DNA from: Azolla caroliniana
Taxonomy: Eukaryota > Plantae > Polypodiophyta
Direction: 5' to 3'
Assembly (NCBI GenBank): GCA_043228905.1
Contig: JBHGNT010001433.1
Coordinates: 1-8,527, forward strand
Length of the DNA: 8,527 nt
Of the stretch, positions 1 to 8,100 are shown one piece after another. Position 1 is the stretch's first letter. Each line of letters starts with the position of its first letter. The position numbers and the translations under genes were made by a program. The notes beneath the pieces are model-generated. The model had not been told where the DNA came from, did no database searches, and worked only from the letters and a program-made list of their open reading frames with translations.

Positions 1-722
1 ATCGGTGTCCGCATTGTGGTGATGTCTCGGCTCTCCACGGCTAGTTGGAATTGGTCATACCCGGAGGAGTATATCTCACATCCGGCAAAAGGTTCCGCAA
101 ATTCGTCCACTATTGGACCGACTCCCGAGTTCCGGATCGTGACCTTGTTCACCGATTGCAAGTCTTGGATAAATCAGAGTGATCCATTCTTCTTCGGAAC
201 CGTAAACCATCGATTCGAGTATGTAACGTTTGATGGCTCTAGAATCCCCATCGCCACCTTCTCCTTGAGCAAGTCGATGACTTTCGGGTAGTGGTCCCGC
301 GGCCGGTTTCACCTTCTTCTCCACGGTCTTGTATTTCGTACTTACCATTGCTTCTTCTTTGCAGAGCACATCCGGCCCCATTTTCGCAATGATCTCGTAC
401 ATCTCGACCGATTCCACCGGAATTACCCGGTTTCCTTGGCTTGTATCTTCCAGGAGCTCTTCAAGCCGTTGTAGCGTGCTCCCATAGAACACTTCTTCGA
501 CTATTTCCACGATTTCGTCGTCTTCTTTTATTATTGATGCCGAACGTAACTTATCCTCCACTTTTCGGTATTCTTTCTTCATTCCTCCGGTTACGGCTGT
601 GTACGTGGATGCCCCATCCAGACCGATTCATACTTGTTTTGCTCCGAGAGTTTTCTTCCTGTGTGGGGTATCAGGGCTTCTCGGACTATCACTTCCCCAC
701 TCCGCAATAGTCCGCTCTAAAA
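1..722 (-). pseudogene. pol: Gypsy pol ORF2 (N-terminal region plus start of reverse transcriptase), disrupted
   Basis: The -1 frame opens at the slippery site (FLERTIAEWG...) and has a TGA at 628-630. It continues through ORF 76..582 up to KYKTVEKKVKPAAGPLP, then shifts frame at ~288 into RT: PKVIDLLKEKVAMGILEPSNVTYSNRWFTVPKKNGSL*FIQDLQSVNKVTIRNSGVGPIVDEFAEPFAGCEIYSSGYDQFQLAVESRDITTMRTP (TGA at 174-176). Confidence 0.88.
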
Positions 723-726
723 ATCC
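663..726 (-). promoter_or_regulatory. Putative -1 programmed ribosomal frameshift signal (slippery heptamer plus H-type pseudoknot)
   Basis: mRNA reads G GAU UUU (726-720), then spacer UAGAG. Stem 1 is CGGACUAUUGC (714-704) with GUGAUAGUCCG (692-682). Loop GUGGGG (700-695) is complementary to downstream CCCCAC (668-663). The downstream pol ORF is in the -1 frame. Confidence 0.75.
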
Positions 727-2751
727 ATTCTTGTTTGGGAAAAGAGCTCTCTCTTGTTCCTTTCATGATTTTCCGGCACTGTTAGGAATTGGACGGACTT
801 CCCTCCGTTTTGGCTCCGAATTCGTGCAAAAGTCGCACCGCTATCGAGCACCTTCGTCTCCATCCGTGAAGCCGTGACAAAGGGTTGCCCAAGGATCACG
901 GAGTGTGAGACCTCATCTTGTACGAAGAAATTTTGGTCGATCTTGACATCCCCGATCTTCACCGTCACATCCGGACAAGCCGCAAATAGATCTTCCATTG
1001 CTTTAGTGGCCACCCGGATCGTCTATCCATGATTGGTATTAATAGGCCACTTCCCCTTCCAGTAGAACTCCTTAGACATCAAATTTATCTCCGATCCTTG
1101 ATCAATCAATGCTAGCACGGGCTCTTTGATGTTGCTGATTCGGACCGGAGTCTCGGTAGTTGCAAGCGCCTAGTGTGGCTTTGTATAGTGGGAATTCGGA
1201 ATCTCGTCCTCCACTTCGGTGTCGTTCATCAGAATGGTATTTGCATTCACCATCGGCGCATTTTCCTCCATCATTTGTCTTTTTCTTTTCACGAGATCCA
1301 CAAGAAGATCATGGAACTCCTTTTTTGTTATTCCGAGTAGTTCCCTAAGCGAAAAATCTACCCGGCTGTCGAGGATTCTCTCCTTGAACACTTTCTTTAT
1401 GTCTGTCCAAAGCGAGTTTGAATGTTAGAATTGTTTTTCCTTTCCCTCTTCCGTCGGAGTTCCAGCTCTCCAGTGTCTTCGATGGTCAGGCCGCATCCTC
1501 CGTGTGTCGTCGCTTCTCGTCCATATACACCTCATGTAATTGACATAGGGCGTATACGCTATTCTTATCGACAGGGCACTCCCATCCCATAGCTTCCCAG
1601 ATTCCTTCCGCGGTGCTTCGGATCTCGTTGGAGTCGGTTTTCTCGGTGTTTTCTAGCACTTCCGGCCAAAAAGACACCTTTACTCCCGATGAATCCCCGA
1701 CACGTATTCCCACAGTTGTCGCGTAATTGCTCTTCGCCACTATTTCCTCCTCTAGGACCTTCTTCATGCCGCCTTTTCGGAATTTCGGTCTGAGCGGCTT
1801 CCGAGAGTCCATCGAATGAATCTGATTTCCCTCGTAGTAGATAAGTTCCCGTCGTAGCGCTTCCTTGTGCTCGTCGCAATCCCTTCAATCATGTTCGGTG
1901 CTATCGCACCATATGCACCGACGGTCCATATACTTGGAACTTGTGGGACGGTCATCCGACTTCTTCACCACCGCGATTTTTAGATTCTCCATCTCCTTCA
2001 GCAACTGCTCCACCGTAGTTGCGTCGATTCCCTTCTCGGTCGTAGCTTCCCAAGCCCGCGGTTGATGGTCTTCCGATCCGGATCTCGGTTTCGGAATCGG
2101 TTCCAAAACCCTCTTTTCTTCATTGGCAAGCCATTGCCCCCTCTTTGTGTATCGCGCGACGATATCCCGCACGCTTTCCCATGTTTCGGTGAGGCCACTC
2201 TCAGTAGTCGTGTCCTCTAGAAGCACTCCAAGATCCTTCCAGTCCCGGATGTCTACGGCTCGTAAGAACATGATAACTTTGTCCGGTGCGAGGATAGCTT
2301 GATCTCTCGCAAACAACCTCCCGAACCGACTTTCGAATGCTGAAAACACATCGAGGACCTTCATCTCCTTATCCAACGTTTCCACCCAATCCTCAAATCC
2401 TTTCCGCGTTGCCTTGGAGGAGTCCTCGATAGTGAACGTGGTCTTTAGCGCCTCTTCAAACGCTTCCCACGTCGGATTTTGTTGTCATAGCCCGTGGATA
2501 CTTGCTTGAAGCCCGTCGGTAGCCACCCGATTGAAGGATGTCACTTGCAATCCTACCGAAATCCCGCACCGTAGCATTTCCGCCTTGTAGTCCCGAAGAT
2601 AGCGTGATACATCCTTTCCGTTGAATTGCCCAATCCGTTGCACGAGCCACTCTACTGCCGCCGCTATCTCCGACATCGCACATTGTTCTTGAAGCATCCG
2701 CTCGAACATCATCATCATGTTGTTAGCCTCCGGTTGATTTTCCATCTCCAT
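717..2751 (-). pseudogene. gag: Gypsy gag-protease ORF1, disrupted by stops and a frameshift
   Basis: ORFs 2485..2766, 1885..2385 and 1486..1812 share one frame, broken by single TGA codons. The zinc knuckle CIWCDSTEHD*RDC (CX2CX4HX4C) is at 1876-1917. A frameshift near 1400-1410 leads into the frame of 1170..1391 and 717..1013, which holds protease motifs ALIDQGSEINLMS (D at 1101-1103) and VILGQPF and ends ...RMDF*. Confidence 0.88.
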
Positions 2752-2761
2752 GCCACCCGTT

Positions 2762-2779
2762 TTCATGTCGGGTTCACCA
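2762..2779 (-). promoter_or_regulatory. Primer-binding site complementary to the tRNA-Trp 3' end
   Basis: Minus strand reads TGGTGAACCCGACATGAA, 2-4 nt after the LTR-terminal CA. It matches the complement of the plant cytosolic tRNA-Trp 3' end (...TTCACGTCGGGTTCACCA, recalled) at 17/18 positions. Confidence 0.8.
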
Positions 2780-2781
2780 CT

Positions 2782-3293
2782 TGTGTCGTGCCTTTCGACT
2801 CCGGATCGTTGCGTGAGTCAAGCGGGAACCACTGAGGTTTTGGACTAGGAGAAAAGAAAATTTCCAAGGCAATTAAGAATATGAAATATATTGTAAGAAA
2901 GAAAGATATGAAAAACTCGTGAATCCCACGAGTATAGTATATTCGTGAGTACTCAGATTAAGAGAGAAAAATAGTTAGCAAATTCGTGAATCCCACGAAT
3001 ATATTATATTAATCAACCCTTGTAATATAATCAACAACCTTATACATATTTCTCTCCTCCTTATATAAGGATGGGAGAGACTAAGCATCGCTTCCTACTT
3101 TTCCTAAAGTGTTCATGCACACTAAATGTGCATGAGTTCTTTTTTCCACTATACTTCTATTTCCTAAATATAGTGCTCATGCACGTTAGATGTGCACGAG
3201 TATTTTTTTTTTATTGGTTTATAAAGTATTCACGCACTCTAAAAATGCATGGTTTACCTTTTAATAAAGGCAGGCGTAAATAAAGGTCTTATA
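2782..3293 (-). repeat. 5' LTR of the Gypsy element (~510 bp; distal boundary approximate)
   Basis: Ends ...GGCACGACA(CA) just before the PBS and contains a TATA box (CTTATATAAG, ~3060-3069). The proposed start TATAAGACC (3293) would be a TGTAAGACC terminus with G>A. There is no second copy in the window to confirm the boundary. Confidence 0.65.
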
Positions 3294-3420
3294 GGTATTA
3301 AATCTATATTTAAAACACTAAGGTTAAGTTAGTACAATGGTAAGGTTGAAGTTTATTTATGTGGAGGTACAAGTTTAAATCTTGCCCTATGCACGTAATA
3401 AATAATTTATTTATTATACG

Positions 3421-3855
3421 TACGGTCACCCAAATTGGACATTGTTGTTTTAATAAATCTTTATAATCCACCACTAGAAATCATTCCATCACATGCACTA
3501 ATCTTGAATAAAAAAAGATTGGTACCTTTGCCATCAAAGTCGTATGTTGTTCTGACAATTGAAAAACCACATGATAGAAACCTCTTGGACCCACATACAC
3601 ATCCTCAACACAATTAGGCATTATGAATGAATTCAACCACAACTTAATCCATGATACCAAAGGAAGTTTGCTAGTGAAATAAAAAATAACACCACGATCA
3701 TAAAACCTGTCAAAAGTTGCAAACATAGACTTGGTCTCCATCACCACCTCTACAACATCCCCCTCCACACAATCTTTAGCATCTTTCTCGTTTGTAACCT
3801 ATAGAAACCCGTAGGTTTTTCTCTTAGTTGTTGTTATAGAGATAACCTTAAGCAT
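3421..3855 (-). pseudogene. Fragment resembling plant LINE (L1) ORF1 RRM-like region (DUF4283-like)
   Basis: ORF 3481..3768 read through its TGA gives ...GPRGFYHVVFQLSEQHTTLMAKVPIFFYSRLVHVME*FLVVDYKDLLKQQCPIWVTV. This fits the GxFxxxF...P...LxVxxW...PxWV pattern of plant L1 ORF1, with the TGA at the conserved Trp. No zinc knuckle or ORF2 is seen. Confidence 0.6.
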
Positions 3856-4230
3856 TGTGTTAGGGTTTTAAGCTTGATGGTTCAAAGGTGTTAGGTTGCA
3901 ATGCGACAATCTACTTTTCAACCATCGTATCATTTCTTTTCCATCAATCAATAGTCGAGTAATTTATATGTTATTGATGCCTTCGTATATCTACTTAATT
4001 ATATGTTGGTTAAGTAGACGTTTATTATTTCCTTATTGTTAGCAAGGTATGAACGTTGAAAGTGTCTACACTTTTGTGTCAATTTAGGTGTTAAATCCCC
4101 ACTTTGATGTTTCTTACATTATGGTGGCTTATGATAAGAGACTTCATAGATTGAAACATTGGTGGTATTTGTTATGTGTGATATTCGTCATATTCAAGAA
4201 TACATTATCATTTACATAATAAAAAAGATT

Positions 4231-4325
4231 TAATTCACTAAAACATTAATTAATTGACTGATCATGAATTAAATCACTAAAACATTCATTATTGACCAAA
4301 ACATTAATTAATTCACTAATAATTA
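4231..4325. repeat. AT-rich degenerate direct repeats (TCACTAAAACATTAATTAATT-like, ~3 copies)
   Basis: TCACTAAAACATT occurs twice and AAAACATTAATTAATT occurs twice within ~95 bp. Confidence 0.6.
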
Positions 4326-4398
4326 AGTAATTAGGGCTTCGGCTAAAAGTAGGGTTTCAACAAAACCTTGAGTTTGTAGGCCCAACACTTCTTCAACT

Positions 4399-4454
4399 GA
4401 GAATATAGGCTGAGAATAGGAAAGACGAGGATATAGGCGGAGAATAGGAAAGAA
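4399..4454. repeat. 28-bp tandem duplication (GAGAATATAGGCTGAGAATAGGAAAGAC / GAGGATATAGGCGGAGAATAGGAAAGAA)
   Basis: Copies at 4399-4426 and 4427-4454 differ at 3 positions. A further GAGAATAGG is at 4519-4527. Confidence 0.75.
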
Positions 4455-4462
4455 ATATGGCC

Positions 4463-4511
4463 GAAATTAGGGTTTCAGCTGAAACCCTAATTTCAGTCGA
4501 AACCCTAATTT
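4463..4511. repeat. Perfect 32-bp palindrome of telo-boxes plus a third telo-box copy
   Basis: GAAATTAGGGTTTCAG|CTGAAACCCTAATTTC (4463-4494) is its own reverse complement. GAAACCCTAATTT recurs at 4499-4511. Confidence 0.85.
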
Positions 4512-4718
4512 GTGGGCCGAGAATAGGATGCAAGGAGAGGCGAGGGTGTAATCATTATGCATAGGATGCAACTTCTTTGTTGGTTGTTTGCTTGCCTGCG
4601 AGCAACTTAAAAGAAATTTGAAAACAAGAAAAGAAAACGATACTTGAACATATATTCGTATTCACATTCGTTTGCATTCGTGGGGCCTCATTAAGAGTGA
4701 ATCCACGCTTCTAGAGCT

Positions 4719-5045
4719 TGTTAGAAATAACAAAACAATTATAGAGCAACTAATTTTAGTTGTCACATTAACTCTACACCACATCTAGATTAGTTACTAT
4801 TATTAACTATTACTGTTTTCTTTTTATTAGTAACTGTATTTTTCAAACACATCCAACGTTCCCTCCACTTCCTCCATCATATAAAGAGGAAACTAGGAAC
4901 GTTAGAGTGTGGTGTTAGTATGTTCTAGCTGTTGTAGCAATTAACGCTTGTAGTTGTATTCCAGCCTCTAATCCCATCTTATTATCTATTACATAGCAAC
5001 GGCAATTCTCCTCTTTTCTGTTCATGTATCTCTCATTTCTTTACA
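4719..5045 (+). repeat. 5' LTR of the Copia element (327 bp)
   Basis: Starts TGTTAGAAAT and ends ATTTCTTTACA (imperfect inverted termini) directly before the PBS. TATAAA is at 4880-4885. The left boundary is inferred from the terminal motif. Confidence 0.8.
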
Positions 5046-5057
5046 TGGTATTAGAGC
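5046..5057 (+). promoter_or_regulatory. Primer-binding site for initiator tRNA-Met
   Basis: TGGTATTAGAGC equals the canonical plant TGGTATCAGAGC with one C>T change, directly after the LTR-terminal CA. Confidence 0.9.
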
Positions 5058-5162
5058 GAGGTTAGTACGAAGCCTAAAAATATACCTCCCACTCCATACT
5101 CCACTTCGGAAAAAAAAAAGAAAAAAAGAAAGAAGAGAAAACGAGACAACAACCTCAGCATT

Positions 5163-8100
5163 ATGGCAAGCTCCACTTAGGCAAGAAAATACTTGGTAGA
5201 TAAACTTAACGCAAAGAACTACAGAATTTGGAAACCAAGGATGGAGCGACTACTTGACTTGGAGGAGCTACTTGAAGTCACCGGGGGAACCTGTCAAGCA
5301 CCAAAAGGCACACAATAAGAAGCATGGAAAGAATGGAAAAACAAAGATAAACGGGCAAAACTTGAAATATTGCTACATGTAGAAGACAGGCAGGTTAATG
5401 CCATTCGAAAACTCACAACTACAGCAGAAATGTGGTCCAAACTAAAACAGATGTTTGAACCACAAGATGGTACAACTAGAATCCATACTCTTGCTACCCT
5501 ATTTCACATGTGTGTTTTGCAGGAAGAAGAAGATGTTCTTACCTTCTTGGATGCCTAGGAGACATATCTCGAAGAAGCCACCAATACCGGAAATGAAATC
5601 TCAAAAGAAATGAAGATTGGGCTCTTATTGAGTAAACTTCCAAAATCTTGGAATACTTTCATCACTATGAATAGCTAGGGTAACTCCTTATCTGATCTAA
5701 TTCCAAAAGTTCATCATGAAAATCTATGACAACAACTTAAAAATTCTACTCCTTCAATGGCAATGACTGCTGCAGCCAACAAACCACAAAAATTGTCATA
5801 TAACAATCACTACAAGCCTAGATCTGACAATTACAAATCCATTGAAGTCTCTAATTCAAGAAAGGGAAATGAATGATAGAGAACTTCATCAAAATAGCCT
5901 AGTGGAGGTTTCAAACTAGTCTGCAGATATTGCAAAAGAGAAGGGCACACCGAGAGGGTATGTCGATTCAAGCAATTTGCTGAAAATAAGAAACAACCAC
6001 AAGCCAACAATGTCATTTTAGAGGATAAATCTAATGATAAATCAAAATGCTATTCAGAATCAGGAGGTGATTATGACGACATGCTAGAAGAAGGAAACAT
6101 TATTCAAGCATACCACGTCACTTTAGAAGAATTTAAAACAGATTATGACACATGGTACCTGGATACTGGTGCCACACACCATCTCACATACCGAAGAGAC
6201 TGGCTAGGAGATTATCAAGTTCTCTCCAATCAATTGCAAGTGATTTTTGGTGATAAAGGAAAGAAATCTGCAATTGGTAAAGGTACAATTAAAATCAAAC
6301 TTTCAAAAGATCACCAAATTACTGTTCATAATGTGCCTAGATTGGCAAAACATCTGTTATCAGTCGGACAAGCTACAATAGATGGACTTACAATTCAATT
6401 TTGCAAAGATAAAGCAATTCTACAATTTCAAGATGGTAACTCATCCATTCAGATGGTCTGTCCTAAAGAACAACATCGGTATCCAGTCCATAAACAATCA
6501 ACATATGCATTAGTTGCACCTGTGCAAACAAAGAAACAATCAGTGCACTCAGGTACATATTTATGGCATTGTCGTTTTGGTCACATGAATATTTCAGCAC
6601 TTTAGTGTCAACAACTAAAAAGAATGAAAGGATTACCAAAAATATGCTTCAAAACTATTTCTATATGTGAAAGCTGCTTGTTCAGAATGATGTCCCATCA
6701 ACCATTTGCCAAAAGCAATCTACTGTTACAGAATTCCCACTTCAACTTGTTCATACAGACATGTGTGGCCCATTTCCTGTACTATCTCTCTCCAAAGCAA
6801 GGTATTTCATTTCATTTATTGATAATACTACCAGATTCATAGTAGTCAGCTTCTTAAAAACGAAAAATGAGGCATTTGCATCATTCTGGAAATACAAATA
6901 GCTCGCAGAAAATCAAACATCAAGAACAATTAAAAAGGTGAGAAGCGATAATGGTGGAGAATATGTATCCCAAGAATGGGAGATTTTTTCAACAAAAATG
7001 GAGTAATTCATCAAAAAACAGTACCCTACACTCCACAGCAGAATGGCATTGCTAAAAGAAAGAACAGAACGTTGTTAAATGTTGCTCGTAGTCTGCTCAA
7101 AACGGGACAAATGAAACAACAGTTCTGGGAAGACGCAATCTCCACAGCCTGCTATCTGCAAAATAGGACTCCTCACATTGCATTACACGGCGAAATTCCA
7201 TTTACATTATGGTATGGTGACATACATGATGTTTCCCATCTCAAAAATTTTGGTGTAGTAGCCTATGTATATGTAAATCCACATCACAGATCAAAGTTGG
7301 ATGATAGATGCTTCAAAGCATACAAAATATTCAACCCACAAACAGGTAAAACAATTTACAGTAGGTCAGTAAAATTTGATGAGTTGTCCCTTGTACGATA
7401 ACTAGTGAAGATGAAGAAGATCCCGGATGTCTACCACACTTGGTGGAAACTGAGCACAACAGTATTTACCCAAATGGAGATACGATAACTAGTGAAGATG
7501 AAGAAGGTCCCAGATGTCTATCACACTTGGTGGAAACTGAGCACAACAGTATTTACCCAAATGAGTCGTCTCGGATACATCTCCTTATGATGCAGCAAAA
7601 GAGTCTCCATCACAGATGCACACAAAATCCCAACATCAAGGGACAACCATCGAGAACTCAAGCCCTTGTGTTTCATGTCACAACAACCCTGTTGCATGCT
7701 CTCAGCCTGATGCACTAAATATAATAACCTCATCATCTCCATTTACGGTGGAGAAACGGTCTCACAGGTACCACAAAACAGATGAGAGTAGGAATACTTA
7801 CCGACGTGACCGATCTCGACCGCTACTTTCTATAGCCATCGCAATAGCGCCACTTGCCTAGGTGCTCAAAGGAAAACCCCCACAGAAATGATAGAATAAC
7901 AAAATCAGCGAGTAGAGCAAAACAGGGGAAAACTAAACCTATGCAAGAACTTTATGAAACTACAATTGCCATTGACAAGTATTTTGAATCTGTCATCGAC
8001 TTTGACATTTCAGCCTTTGCCACGTATGTCGAAGATGCAAGCATCGATTTTGCTCCTATTCTAACTCTAAAACAGGTTCTCCGAAGCAATGAAAAGGAAA

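Larger units (their letters stand above)
1..3293 (-). mobile_element. Ty3/Gypsy-type LTR retrotransposon (degenerate, cut by the window start); possibly a moss non-chromovirus Phygy/RLG-like lineage
   Basis: Minus-strand order is LTR, PBS (2762-2779), Gag with a CCHC knuckle, aspartic protease (LIDQGSEIN...ILGQPF), then RT N-terminus (KVIDLLKEKVAMGILEPS...YSNRWFTVPKKNGSL*FIQDL...SGYDQFQL). PR followed directly by RT is the Gypsy order. The lineage call is inferred from recalled motifs. Confidence 0.92.

Noticed and set aside
1400-1488. Frame change between Gypsy gag and the pre-protease region as a second programmed frameshift
   Set aside because: No clear slippery heptamer with a downstream structure. 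The FKLALD/TDIKKV junction (GGACAGACA) looks like a small deletion.
16-2835. Plus-strand ORFs (16..291, 441..710, 599..877, 1160..1428, 1865..2065, 2626..2835)
   Set aside because: They are antisense shadows of the Gypsy coding strand and show no recognisable motifs.
3071-3283. 70-aa ORF inside the Gypsy LTR
   Set aside because: Low-complexity translation of T-rich LTR repeats on the antisense strand.
4331-4511. Interstitial telomere array or CRISPR-like repeat-spacer array
   Set aside because: The AAACCCTAA units are isolated and in both orientations, not tandem TTTAGGG. There is no constant repeat-spacer periodicity and no cas genes, and the context is eukaryotic.
4679-4714. Possible Helitron 3' end (CGTGG...CCACG stem followed by CTAG)
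   Set aside because: The stem is short and interrupted, its spacing to CTAG is atypical, and CTAG is followed by A rather than T.
5109-5142. A/G-rich tract as a polypurine tract or retroposon poly(A) tail
   Set aside because: It lies in the Copia 5' leader between PBS and gag, where such tracts are common. No LTR or TSD follows it.
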